From Azolla caroliniana (Eukaryota; Plantae; Polypodiophyta): DNA of 64,000 nt. The stretch is taken from contig JBHGNT010000003.1 of the NCBI GenBank assembly GCA_043228905.1, forward strand, positions 17,236,001-17,300,000. The letters run 5' to 3'. Positions within the stretch are counted from its first letter, which is position 1, and every line of letters starts with the position of its first letter. A model generated the notes under the pieces. It worked only from the letters and a program-made list of their open reading frames with translations, did not search any database and had not been told where the DNA came from. Below are positions 1-11,127 of this stretch, one piece after another. A program made the translations under genes and the position numbers.

Positions 1-549
1 AAGCTACTGCCTTCGTTGGAGAATTGCTGACTCCGGAACTGGAATGCTTCTTTTGCGTCTCCCTCGTTCGGTAATGTGGTTGTTGTTCGGTCTAGACATC
101 CATCCCCTGGTGTTCTCTGCACTCTGCAGGAATCGTAGTCGCGAAAATAGTGTTGCCTTCTGGCCGGACTAGCCACAACACACGTGTCCTTCCAAACACT
201 TCTCCAAAGGGGTGGTAAGGTTAGGATGTTAGACCACACGCATAAGATAAGGATTATAAGCACAGACGGTAAGACAATACAGATGCAAAGATACAGAATA
301 AGTGCTCCAGTATAATTCATATTACTTCCGTAAAATCATTACATCCAATCGGATCGTTTTATAGGCATCTGACAATATTACAAAACGGTGTCCTTTAGGC
401 AACCGGCTCCGAATCGGTCTGGATCTGGATCGGCACAACTGTACCGGATCTGTCCCTCCGAATAATAATTCTAATAATAATTATACTATATATATATATA
501 TATCCGGTTCGGCTTTCCCACTTGTCCTTCAGCCCTTGACCGGCCAACA
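1..549 (-). mobile_element. Ty3/gypsy element G0: 5' LTR plus gag start; continues left of the window; inserted in the extra ORF of G1
   Basis: LTR-like 151-549 (TGTTG...CCAACA). On the minus strand it is followed by a degenerate PBS (TCGCGACTACG) and MSRPNNNHITERGRRKR, similar to the G3 gag start MTRPTNNPITE*ARR. Confidence 0.75.
151..549 (-). repeat. 5' LTR of G0 (about 399 bp)
   Basis: TG...CA termini, CTATAAAA on the minus strand near 357-364, layout similar to G3 LTR 34323-34784. Confidence 0.75.
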
Positions 550-2527
550 GTTCTTCAAGCGCGGCCGACCTTTTAGCAAGCAGTTGCTTGAGGGCCGCTT
601 CGCGGCTCGCGGCTTGTTCATGTAGCTGGCCAAGAATGTGGTTGTGGTTCTGTTCTACTAACTCGGCCAGAGCGGTCTGGGCCTTAAGCTCCTCCTGGTA
701 GTCCCGAAGGGGAGGCCTTGTCTGGGTTGCCGCTTGTTGGATTCAGGGAGAGGGTTCCCTGTCTGTCTGTGTAGATCGTTCCATGATGACCGGGGGTGGA
801 GGCTTGGCTGGTTTGGGGTTGCGGGCTGCTATCTGCCCGTGACGATGGCTCACTTGTCTGTACCAAGTCCGTCAGTGTGCTGGCATCGACTGTGGGTACC
901 CTGGGGTGGGTGGTGTCATCTTTCTGTGTGTCGGTACCTTCAGCACTGGGGCTCGGGTTCGGAAGGGTGGCTGGTGAGACAACGTCACTCGGCACAGGGA
1001 GGCTTAAGGGCGGCTATTCTGGATGTTGCTGCTTGAATGTCGCCAGTTTCTCCTCGGTGGCTTGCCATAGCTTGGTAGCCCGTTTGGCTTGCTGACGCGC
1101 CGTTTTGATATGTCGGGCCATGTCTTTGGCTACCCGAGTAGTGTGGTGCAAATTGCAATATGCCTCAACTAAGACAATGTTCAGATCTAGTAGTTCCATG
1201 AGGAGCGATGCATTTTGTGCTTGCTTCTTCCGTCCTATCTTCTGTAAGGCTCGATCCTCGTGAGGTTCGATTTCACCCATTAGAGCACGTTGAATCATCT
1301 TTGTTTCAGCGTGCTCCTCGGCCATACAAGTGGCGGCAGCTACTTGGGCGCGCGCGAGGAAATCCATTAACTCATATGTTGTGCCCAGTCAAAGTAGTGC
1401 ACTGAACTCGTATGCCTCCGTGGGGAGATCTTTGTAACCGAGGACTTCCTCCTCTGATATCTGCGTGGTTTGTCCATGCTCGATCCAACCGCCTTGGAGC
1501 CATGACTCTGCTGGTACCATGTCCATGGAGGTCGGGCTGGCCTCTTTTGATTTCTGATGATAGTCGCCCTCGGTTTCTGTGGTTGCCTCTCAAATGATGC
1601 GGCGTCTTTTTGGCGGCTCATCCTGTGCGTTCGGGGCCGATGGTGTTGGCTCCTCGGCCTGTTTCCTCTTTTGTTGCCGGATGGCCGAGGGCTACTGGTT
1701 TGTGGGCCGTGAGATCGATTGTGGAGAGGTCATTGATGTCCTTGGTGGTTTCTAGCGTATGGTAACATCCTCAGGGATGGGCTCCTCGGCCTCGTCACAT
1801 TTGACACGGGTTGTTGTGACCGCCCATTGTTTCTGTGTTTTTGGTGGGGGTGGTGCCGAGGCAGAAGTGGGGTTCCGAAGATCTGAGGGAGGTGGAGAAG
1901 GCGAGGGATCTTCCCATTCGTCCTGGGTTATCGCCAAAATCCTCTCCCGTTGTTTCCTTGGTGGTGGTGGAGAGGTCAAGACGCATCGAGGGGAAACCGA
2001 AGGAGGTGGGCAGAGGACTGTGAGGAAGTGATTGATCACAGGCAACAAACGCTTACCGGTTTGGAAGGATTCGAGCACCGCGCGGACTCCTTCGCCGGTG
2101 ATGATTCCCCAATCGATTTTGTTTCCCTCATATGCACTGATAATGATTGCCGCTTGGTTCTGTGGCATACTTGTAGGGTTGGTATGCACGAACACGTACT
2201 CCATCAGGATGCGAGCGATTTCTCCGAATGCCTTATTGGATCCACTGTAGGTGTGATAGGCCTACCAGATATGGAATACGCACCAAAGTATTCCTTCAGG
2301 ATTGTGGAAGGGGGAATCTCTACTTCATGATCACCTCCTCGCTTCAGGTCCAAGGCAGCACGAATCATATTGTTGTTGACTGTGTTTGGGTAGATTCGGC
2401 GTGTGACCGCTTGGGCATTAGGGTGTGCAGGGGCATCGATCACCTTTAAATAACCACCTAATCCTCGTTCCTGAAACCAGGAGCAGGTTTCCTGTGAAGC
2501 TGCAAGAGGTATAATGGACTCGGGGTT
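550..2527 (-). pseudogene. 3' extra ORF of G1 (frameshifted; conserved N-terminal domain plus helical/coiled-coil C-terminus)
   Basis: Fragments 2204-2443, 1752-2204 and 1014-1367 contain WFQERGLGGYLKVIDAPAH, YFGAYS, AYEGNKIDWGIIT and MAEEHAE, which align with the G2 ORF at 18737. Confidence 0.8.
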
Positions 2528-3048
2528 CTATTGTGTGGAAGATTGGGGAAGGAGGATGAAACCAGGCCAAGATAGAGTGAGGGAAGGAGATTGTTGTGGT
2601 GCGGCAGAGGGGCTACGAGGACAAGAGAGGGCTTGTGAGCAAGAGCGGTGGGAGCGATGAAAGCGCTGAGAGAGAGAGGAGGCTTGAGAGCATGGGAGCA
2701 ATGAAGTCTGGGTGTGCAAGAAAGCGTCTGTGTGTGAGGTGTGCTTGGGGTAACCGTTTTTTAGCAAATGCCTAAGGTTTTGTGCATGAAGAGGAGCCTG
2801 GAGATTCTTGGTCACGTGCCCTAGGGAGTTAGTGTCCTAGGGAGTTAGTGTTGTGCCTTGGATGTTGTGTATGTGCCTTTAAATACTTAAGTGAATGTGA
2901 AAGTGACTAGTGTTTGCCTCTAAACATGACACGATTTGGGTGATGTGGTAGGTGGTTTAGGTGGAACTAACTAATTGCTAAAACTATGCCTAATCCTACC
3001 TAATGTATGCTTTGGAATGTTGGTGGGTTCTTACCGAGGGGGACGTGT

Positions 3049-3451
3049 TGTCGCGTTGTTACGCGAGTGCGTGTAGAAGGGGCGGGACCACGGGGGTCTT
3101 GGACTAGGGAGTAGAGGAGAAAGAATAAGATATGAGAAGTGGTAGCTTAACACCGGATGAGAAGATGAAGAGTAGCACATAAGCATAGACCAAAATAGAT
3201 GGAAGCAAGATCCACAACAAGCTATATTAAAAACAAGCGAATGATTACAACAATGGTGGCCGCCATGGCCGCACCAAACGACTATATCAAAAACCCTAAA
3301 GGAAAACCCAAGAAGAAAACCCTAACCGAAACCCTAAAACTGAATAGGAAACCCTCGACCTAAGTGGTATGCCTCTCTCCCTCAAAATAGCCAACCCCTC
3401 ATAAGTGACCCCTCCCTTCCTTTTATAGCCCAAGGGGGGAGGGACCTTACA
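3049..3451 (-). repeat. Solo LTR of a tRNA-Trp-primed gypsy family inserted in G1
   Basis: TG...CA ends. Left end resembles 9853-9890 and shares a U5 motif (GTCCAAGACCCCCGTGGTCCCGC) with LTR 62099-62783. Possible 4-bp TSD gtgt/atgt; TATA near 3421-3428. Confidence 0.6.
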
Positions 3452-3550
3452 ATGTGGGATAGAATTTCCCCTCTTATTTCTATGCACCATTTTGGTGCAC
3501 ACCACCGATTTGCCTATTCCACCCCGGTTTCCGCCTATGGACGAAAATCT

Positions 3551-4093
3551 TCACCACAGCGTGGCCTCCTTCGTGGCATTGTCCGTGCCGTGAGACTCGG
3601 CGAAAGGGTTGGCTTGGGTATTTCCCTGGTACGGTCGCAATCGGAATCCATTCACCCAACTTTCGACAATTTCCCCGGCGTGGGTGCCGATCTGGAACGT
3701 GCCGTTAAACTCGTCATTAATCCAGAAGGAGCCGGTCCATCGGAATTGTAACTTCCCTGGCATGGCACCGAGTCATGTCTAGAAAACGAGGACCGGTTTG
3801 CCGGTGGTCAGTTCTTGTTCCAATCCTTTCCGATGTCGGTCCACAAAGGCTTTCCGTTGTCGTTGGCGCTGTTCAAGTTGGGCCATGCTCGCTACTCGGT
3901 CCTCGCCAAGTTCGAGGAGTTGTGCCAGCCTAAATTGTTCGGATTGGGCCTCAGGGAGCCTTGCTTTAACTTTAACTCGGAGACTTGGAACTTGGAACTC
4001 GATGGGCATAATGGCTTCGAGACCAAAAGCCATCCAAAAGGGGTTGGATTGAATGCTCATTTTGAATGTAGTGCGATAAGCCCATAGTGCACT
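3551..4093 (-). pseudogene. pol: Integrase C-terminus of G1
   Basis: ALWAYRTTFK...PFWMAFGLEAIMPIEF...GKLQFRWTGSF...VNGFRLRPY, an Athila/Tat-like integrase tail. Confidence 0.9.
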
Positions 4094-4532
4094 TGTTGTC
4101 CGCCGGAATTGTAACCGACAGCCAAAAGCGTAGGAATAAGAAACTATATAAGCATAACGTATGTAACGGTTCACGCGGGGAGCGTGAACGGCTAATTAGA
4201 CCCTGCAGATATAAAGGGCAGAAAACCTCTTAAGGAGGTGCGTGTAATTTTTGGGAAATGTAAAAGAACGCCTGATAATAAAATACTATCTTCTTTGTGT
4301 TTCTGTGTATAGCTGCGACTAATTCAGTGTCTATGTCTCGGATACGTAAGCGTAGTAGTACGTAAGTGCAACCTGTGATAAGGAGTCGGTTGTAGCCGTC
4401 TTCTCGTACACACGGAGGAATCACAGAGGTTCTCTCCTTACGCAATACGCTTAAGCTCTGTTCGTTGTTCCACACCCACCTTGGGGTCTAGGTCGAAGGA
4501 CTGACCACGGACCATGTTCCTAAGAGGCAACA
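4094..4532 (+). repeat. 5' LTR of G2
   Basis: TGTTG...GCAACA, direct repeat of 21538-21976, TATAAA near 4210. Confidence 0.95.
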
Positions 4533-4536
4533 CTTT

Positions 4537-4550
4537 TGGCATGCTTGGTG
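4537..4550 (+). promoter_or_regulatory. Primer-binding site of G2 (tRNA-Arg type, two C>T changes)
   Basis: TGGCATGCTTGGTG versus TGGCACGCCTGGTG, the complement of a plant tRNA-Arg(UCU) 3' end; 4 nt after the LTR. Confidence 0.7.
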
Positions 4551-4733
4551 ATCTGTGTTTCCTCACAGACAAGCAACAACGAATGGATGTTTAGCCGCAG
4601 ATGACCCAGAGAACCAACAAGACAAGACCGGCCAATAACAAGGTTCGTCACACGCCAGGCAAAAGAACGCGCCCGGCAAAAACCGTGCATCGGCGACCTC
4701 AGTAATACCTGCCAGTAGTGCAAAGGGGATTCC

Positions 4734-6240
4734 TTGCTCCCCAAATACCTCGACAAGGTGGGGGCACCACGCTTACCGCAGCCACCTGGTGACCTTTTCC
4801 GATCCGCCGTAGCTCCCACGATGGCCTTTGCCTACCCCCGCTTTAATGGCGAAACCGACACCGCAACTCATATTCGCATGTTCTTGAACGTTTGGAATGC
4901 AAACCACATGGCGCAGGACCTTTCCGAGACGGTGGCACACCAGTCGAAAATGATGGAGTTCGGATTAACATTAGATGGGCGTGCGGCGTTTTGGCATTCA
5001 CAGATGGATTTACCAGCCATAACAACCTTCGATCAGCTGCAGTCCGCCTTCTTGCGATTCTTCCACCGGAGGGTTCCACAACGCGAGATTCTCGGGCAGT
5101 TTTATACAATTAAGAAACTACCGACCGAGACGATAGCAGACTTCAGCTTACGTTTCCAAAATTTACGACGGAAACTGGATCGAAGCCCCGCGGAGGAGGA
5201 GGCTCGGGAGACATTTCTGGCAGTGTTACGCCGGCCCATCCGGGCAACGCTCAACAGCAATAGCGTGAAAGGGGAAACGACGGATATGGTGATTGAACGG
5301 GCATTACAGCTCGAGTTGGATGACGAGGAGGAGAGGTTTTCGATGTCATCCTTACGACAAGCGTTACCTCAGGATGAGGAACGCCAATTTTGTCAGGCAA
5401 TCCAGTGCACGATTTGCTTGAACTCAGGGCATTCCGCGGTGGAGTGCAATATGCGAATCCACTGCCCAATCTGCCACTCGAAGGTTCACACAGTCGACCA
5501 ATTCGAGTACAATACGTTAAACAGAGCCACTCCCGCGGTCCACAGCATGGACACACATTGGCAACCGCACCGGGTGGAACAAAGGAGGCAAGAAGACCGA
5601 CCTCGGTATAAGGATCGCAACCCGCAGGAGGACAGGTACAACCGGAATCGCCTGAATCACAACGAGTCCGAGGAGGAGGACACGGAGGACGAGGATTATC
5701 GTGGACATCCGAGTTACGCCAAAGGGGGTTGGCGATACGAACATCAACGCCCGACAAACAAACGGGGCGGCTTCAATGGCTATCGGGGTAAGCCACGACA
5801 ATATAGGGATCACCGGCGTTACGACGAATGCTCAGGGGATGAGCGGCACTAGGAACAACGACGGGACCAACAACAGCCACCGCGTACGTCCCGACAAACG
5901 AGGCCAGACTGCGAAGAGCAAGTAGCGCCCGGAGAACGGCACACTCCACCTGGGGCTGAGAAGGGAGAATCAAGCATCCATTGTTTTATTTGTCAGCAAC
6001 CCGGACACTATGCCACGCAATGCCCAGCACGCAAGGGAAAGGGGCCCATCGTCAACACGATTACGGCGGAGGTGCAACAAGTCACAACATGCCAGCAAAC
6101 GAAAACGGCGGATTGGGCTGCGCAGGACGAGGTACGACGACAAGCCCAAGCCTGAGTGGAAAAAGCAAACGCGACCAATACGGAACGTATGAGGCAGGAG
6201 TCCGCGAACACAATGAAGCGAACAGAGAACGAAAACCGGG
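4734..6240 (+). pseudogene. gag: gag of G2 (retrotransposon gag domain, three CCHC-type knuckles, premature stops)
   Basis: ORF 4734-5852 with YPRFNG...HIRMF, CTICLNSGHSAVEC and CPICHSKVHTVDQ; in-frame CFICQQPGHYATQC at 5982 after a TAG. Confidence 0.85.
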
Positions 6241-8270
6241 GCTGGACCCCATTTGGCAAGTGTTAGCGGGCTGTGAAATCACGCTAAGTATGGAAAAACT
6301 GCTACAGCTAGTTCCACGTTTCCGCCAGACCATGGAAGCACAGGTGGCGGGCATGACCGAGGCGAGCGTTGCCACAAACCTGAAAGACGTTAGCGAGGGA
6401 CCACCAGTGGTGGATCAGCACAACCCGGCCATTACAATAATATTGCACGGACAGGAAGTTCCTGGATGTGTAATCGACGGCGGCTCAGGCGTCAATGTGA
6501 TTAGTGTGAAAACTTGCGAACAGTTGGGCATTTCCGAATGGGAGGCGTGTCCATTTTGGCTTCGCATGGCAGATACCCGATCAGTGCGACCGTTGGGGCT
6601 ACTTCGCAAAATAGGCATCATCGTGGGCGGACACCGCTTCGACATATTGGTGGTCGTCCTCGCTTTGGACGCCCCAGGAGCGTACCCAGTGCTTTTGGGC
6701 AGACCATGGCTTCGGACAATAATTATGAAGCAGAGCTGGCAACACGAGTGTATCAGTTTCCGGCATGGACGCACCAAGGTTCGTGTACCTACGGAAGGCA
6801 ACACGCCACAACCTAAGGGGATAACACCGTTGTATTCGGAAGACATCAATATGTTGGCTGGGGTGGAGGATGCCGAATTGGAAGCGTACCTTGACGAACA
6901 TCCTCAGATTATTCCGATGTTCGAGATAGATGTCATCGCAACTGCGGCAGAATATACTACGGCCATTGTTCTGAACGAAGAGTCGTACGAACCAAACCCA
7001 GAGTCCATATTGGAACTCAGCAGAGCACGGGCGGGCTTCGAAAGGGAAATGGAGATTTCACGACGAGTCACCGCTTCCGCTCTCGACAAAGTGAATGTGG
7101 GTACGGGATCGGAACCCCGGTTCCTCTCCATAGCAAAGGAATTGAGGCCGGACCAGAGAACCACAATGATCGCACTACTCACGGAATATAAAGATGTGTT
7201 CGCGTGGGCTCACGAGGACATGAAGGGGTTAGATCCCAAGTTCTATCAGCATAAGATCAATTTAGCAACGGACGCGAAACCTGTCCAGCAGCGCCGCTAC
7301 CGCATGAACCCCAATTACGCGACTCGCGTGAAAGAAGAAATTGACAAGCTACTGAGGGCGGGGTTCATATGGCCAGTGAAACAAGTGACATGGCTTAGCC
7401 CGATAGTGGTTGTCCCAAAGAAAAACGGCAAAATACGGGTATGCGTGGATTACCGGAAATTAAACGTCGTAACCATTACGGACGCATTTCCCTTACCCTT
7501 CACCGATAGCGTGTTGGACGCCGTCGCAGGCCATGAGATGTACGGTTTCTTAGATGGCTTCAGTGGCTATAACCAAGTACGCATGCACCCCGAGGACCAG
7601 GAGAAGACGACATTTGTCACGGACTGGGGAGTATATGTGGCGGTCGTCTTGATGATCGGGCTAAAGACAGCACCGACAACATTCCAACGAACGATTATGG
7701 AGATCTTAGGGGAATACATTTCGGCGTTCATGCAATTCTTTTTAGATGATTTTGCGGTATATGGGTGAACAAAAGACCATTTCTCGCACTTACGTCTGTG
7801 CCTGGAACGTTGCCGCACTGCACGCTTAAGCCTGAATCCCGCGAAATGTGCCTTCGGTGTGACCAGCGGGACTCTCCTAGGCCACATTGTCAACAAGGAA
7901 GGAATAGCGGTCGACCCAAACAAAATCTCCGCTATTACGCAAGCTAAAACTCCGACAAATGCCAAATCACTTAGCTGGTTTCTAGGCCGAATACGGTGGC
8001 ATAGTCGGATGATACGGTATTTGGCGGACTTCGCCACGCCACTACACGCTGCCGTACATCCGACTCCTTTCCAATGAACTGCAACGAAGGATAAGGCCTA
8101 TGAGGCACTGAAGATAATGCTCACACAGGTCCCCGTCGTACAACCTCCAGTTTGGGCGAAGCCATTCCACGTGTTCGTCGACGCCTCAGACATAGCAATA
8201 AGAAGCGCACTAATGCAACTCACCGAACCAAACTGGTACAGGCGAGTATACTACGCAAGTCGAAAATTGT
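6240..8270 (+). pseudogene. pol: pol of G2: aspartic protease, reverse transcriptase, RNase H N-terminus
   Basis: IDGGSGVNVI, RVCVDYRKLN, FLDGFSGYNQ, FLDDFAVYG, VDASDIAI, YYASRKL; in-frame stops at 7766 and 8075. Confidence 0.92.
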
Positions 8271-8399
8271 TAGCCGATCGCGCAAGCCCCGTCTGGGCTT
8301 GCCTCTCCAATGACCGGGATCTCGGGCTGACACGCCCGAAACCGCTGGTCCCAACGTTCCGGTTCCGCGATTTGTATCTCGGCCTCGTCCTTGGCCGTT

Positions 8400-9815
8400 C
8401 TATCTCCGTAAGTCGAGAGGGCGTTTCGTTCCGCACCCTCTCCCATGGTACCATCGTACCGTGTTCTCGGCCTCTTCGTAGGCCGTTTCCCATCCATCTT
8501 CGCTGGCATCGTGCCAGGACTCCTCAGTACCGCCATCCATCTCCTCGGTCTTACATGGGCATACGGGCCCGAATGCCGAGTTCTCCGGAATCGGGTCCGT
8601 GGGCTTTCGTCCGTTCCTTCCCCGTATCGTCTCGCCGGTGATTCTTGGCCTTTCGCCGACGCCTTCCTCCACTTGGGACTCACGTGGGCACTCGGGCCCG
8701 ACTGCCATCGTCTCGGGAGCAAGTGTGGGAAGACATAAAGAATCGCTCGTCCGTTTTACGCCCTTGTCCGTAGCCACCGACTCTTCATGTTCGGCGGTCG
8801 TTTTCTTACCGATCGCGCAAGCCCCGTCTGGGCTTGCTTCTCCAATGATTGGGATCTCGGGTTGACCCACCCGAAACCGCAAGTCCCAACGTTCCGGTTC
8901 TGCGATCTGTATCTCGGCCTCGTCCTTGGCTGTTCTATCTCCGCAAGTCGAGAGGGCGTTTCGTTCTGCACCCTCTCCCGTGGTACCGTGGTACCGATCT
9001 TCTGTCTTCGCGTGGGGCAAGTCCGTCTTCTCAGTCTCGGCTTGCGGCCTCCGTCTTTCCTCTTCCTCGAGCATCGCCTCAAGAGCTGCGTACGCCTCCG
9101 CAATCTTGGCCCCAACGCCGACCCTTGCCGACTCTCTTTGCCGTTTGGCCTCTTCCCGCTGTGATGGCACGCCGTCGCGTACCTTCCTCTTAGCCTTCTC
9201 GGCTCGCTCGTTGTCTAGCCATTGGCACACCCTTCCGACCTTCGCCCAGTCCTCCGTAAGCCCATTCGCTCCATCATCGTCTTCGAGCTCAATCCCGATG
9301 GCCTCCCGTTCCGCTCGTTCGATCGACCTGACGAACAATAGGACCTTGTCCGCCCCCACCAAACCTTGTTCCCGCTCTGGGAGCCGAGCAAGCCGTCGCT
9401 CGAACTCTCGGAACGCCTTCGTTACACCCCGGTGGGTCTTTGCCGTTGCTACCCATTGGTCGAAGTCGTGTCGTCCCCGGCTCTTCCGCCATCCTCCGTA
9501 TGCCTTCAAGAGCGCCTCTTCGAAGGCCTCCCACGAACTATGAGCCTCACGAAGCTCCTTTATTTCCGCATGCATTTGGACAGCTACGACCCGACAGAAG
9601 AACTCCAGCCTCAACGCCTCGTCTACGCCATGCTCCTCCATTTCCGCATTGTAGGCTTCCATGTAAGATGGGACTTTGTCCCCGTTGAAACGGTCGACTC
9701 TTTCGACCACTCGCTCAACCGCTTGTTGCGCTGCTTCTCGCCTCATCACTACTCGTGCCGACTCCAACACCACTTCGGCCACCATCTCCGCAAGGTCGTC
9801 GTCTTCCGACTCCAT
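8400..9815 (-). CDS. gag: Gag-like protein (471 aa) of the tRNA-Trp-primed element, with a repetitive acidic C-terminus
   Basis: VERVVERVDRFNGDKVPSYMEAYNAEM...WEAFEEALLKAY aligns with VEKVVNCVVEIEGQFYGRNIRRFLDAYKREM at 62811; starts just after the PBS. Confidence 0.75.
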   Translation of the reverse strand: MESEDDDLAEMVAEVVLESARVVMRREAAQQAVERVVERVDRFNGDKVPSYMEAYNAEMEEHGVDEALRLEFFCRVVAVQMHAEIKELREAHSSWEAFEEALLKAYGGWRKSRGRHDFDQWVATAKTHRGVTKAFREFERRLARLPEREQGLVGADKVLLFVRSIERAEREAIGIELEDDDGANGLTEDWAKVGRVCQWLDNERAEKAKRKVRDGVPSQREEAKRQRESARVGVGAKIAEAYAALEAMLEEEERRRPQAETEKTDLPHAKTEDRYHGTTGEGAERNALSTCGDRTAKDEAEIQIAEPERWDLRFRVGQPEIPIIGEASPDGACAIGKKTTAEHEESVATDKGVKRTSDSLCLPTLAPETMAVGPECPRESQVEEGVGERPRITGETIRGRNGRKPTDPIPENSAFGPVCPCKTEEMDGGTEESWHDASEDGWETAYEEAENTVRWYHGRGCGTKRPLDLRR

Positions 9816-9830
9816 CCTCCCTTGCCGCCT

Positions 9831-9848
9831 TTCACGTCGGGTTCACCA
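9831..9848 (-). promoter_or_regulatory. tRNA-Trp primer-binding site
   Basis: Minus strand TGGTGAACCCGACGTGAA, the 18-nt complement of the plant tRNA-Trp 3' end (TTCACGTCGGGTTCACCA) as I recall it. Confidence 0.85.
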
Positions 9849-9887
9849 AAGATGTCGTGTTGTTACGCACGTGCGTGGAGAAAGGCG

Positions 9888-11070
9888 GGATTTTTTGAGC
9901 AGACTTGAGAATGGAGAAACACAGAAAGACGACGACGATTTTCCGGACGCCGACATCTGGCGAGTAGCGACATTTGCAGAAAAAACGGAATCCACCTTTC
10001 CGGATCGATGGCTTATGGAAATGATGTACTTTTTAACTACAGGACTACCTCCACCACAATTACGCACAGACGAGAAGAAACGACTAGCTGTCTGAAGCCG
10101 TCACTTCTGCCTGGTCGAAGGGAATTTATATCACAAAGGGAGTGACGGCATTTGGCGACGTGGAGTCCGTCAAAATGAAAAAGAAGCAGTTTTACGGGAG
10201 GCACACTGTGGCACGGCCGGCGACCATTACGCGAGCAACGTGACAGCCCGCAAAGTATGGCAGGCGGGCTTATGGTGGCCAACAATGCAGAAGGACGCAT
10301 CCGAGTATTGTAGAAAGTGTGATTTGTGCCAGCGGATGGGTCAGCCCGCGGAGGACGCAAGGATGCCACACCAGCCCGTATTACCGCTAGACCCCTTCCA
10401 AAAATGGGGATTGGATTTTGTGGGGCCCTTCATACCACCAGCAGCCCGTACGGGCAACAAATACATATTGGTAGCCACGGATTACTGTACCAAATGGGTA
10501 GAAGCAAAGGCACTATGGGAAAATACGGCGGCCGTCACAGCCAAATTTCTGTATGAGCACATCTGGTGCCGGTTCGGCTGCCCGATTGAGCTCATCAGTG
10601 ACCAGGGGAGCCACTTTCTCAATACGGTGGTTCGGGAACTAACACAGCATTACGCAGTAGTCCACAAGAAGAGCACGCCATACTACCCGCAGGCGAATGG
10701 ATTAGCGGAATCCACGAACAAAACTTTACAGACCATTTTGAAGAAAACCGTCAATGAAAATAGAACGGACTGGGATACCAAACTCCAGAATGTGTTATGG
10801 GCGTACAGAACTAGTTACAAAACAAGCATAAAGTCAACACCGTTCCGGCTAGCGTTTGGACTAGAAGCTGTGATGCCGGTCGAATTTCGGATACCTAGTT
10901 TGTGCATTCAGGTACGGAACCGATTATCAGAAGCCAAGTCAGAGGAGGAACGGCTCTACCAACTCCTCAAACTAAGGGAAAAATGCGTCCACAGCATGGT
11001 TGTGTTGGAAGAGGAACAACGACGGCGTAAAGAGTTTGTTGATCGACATCGGAGCGCAAGGGAAAAGGAG
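9888..11070 (+). pseudogene. pol: Integrase of G2 (HHCC zinc finger plus rve core), interrupted by C1 and resuming at 18145-18393
   Basis: AHCGTAGDHY...[45 protein letters not shown]; tail GKLRFRWTSPY...VNGFRLKPY at 18151-18393. Confidence 0.92.
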
Positions 11071-11127
11071 TGTTGGGAGACAGGTCCCTCCGGATGGGAA
11101 GGGAGAAGAACAGTGCCGACAAACAAT

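Larger units (their letters stand above)
8271..9890 (-). mobile_element. Fragment of a tRNA-Trp-primed gypsy element (LTR stub, PBS, gag) replacing part of G2 RNase H
   Basis: LTR stub 9853-9890, PBS 9831-9848, gag-like ORF 9815-8400. Host reads YYASRKL|...|DFLSRLENG with about 80 codons missing. Confidence 0.8.

Noticed and set aside
2819-2851. Short tandem duplications (16 bp here; also about 39702-39735 and 46612-46633)
   Set aside because: Ordinary slippage or repair duplications in decaying elements.
3290-3345. AAACCCTAA telomere-like motifs
   Set aside because: Three scattered telo-box-like copies inside an LTR, not a tandem telomeric array.
3452-3462. CTATCCCACA (minus strand) beside the solo LTR, resembling the G2 pre-LTR motif
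   Set aside because: It lacks the GGCGTGCCA end and overlaps the probable TSD in host sequence; likely chance.
5981-6240. Programmed gag-pol frameshift in G2
   Set aside because: The homologous segment in G1 (24975-25349) is in one frame, so the shift is probably a decay indel.
9831-9848. tRNA genes at the tRNA-like matches (also 21520, 26846, 62790)
   Set aside because: Only 13-18 nt of 3' end including CCA, no cloverleaf, and all adjacent to LTR ends.
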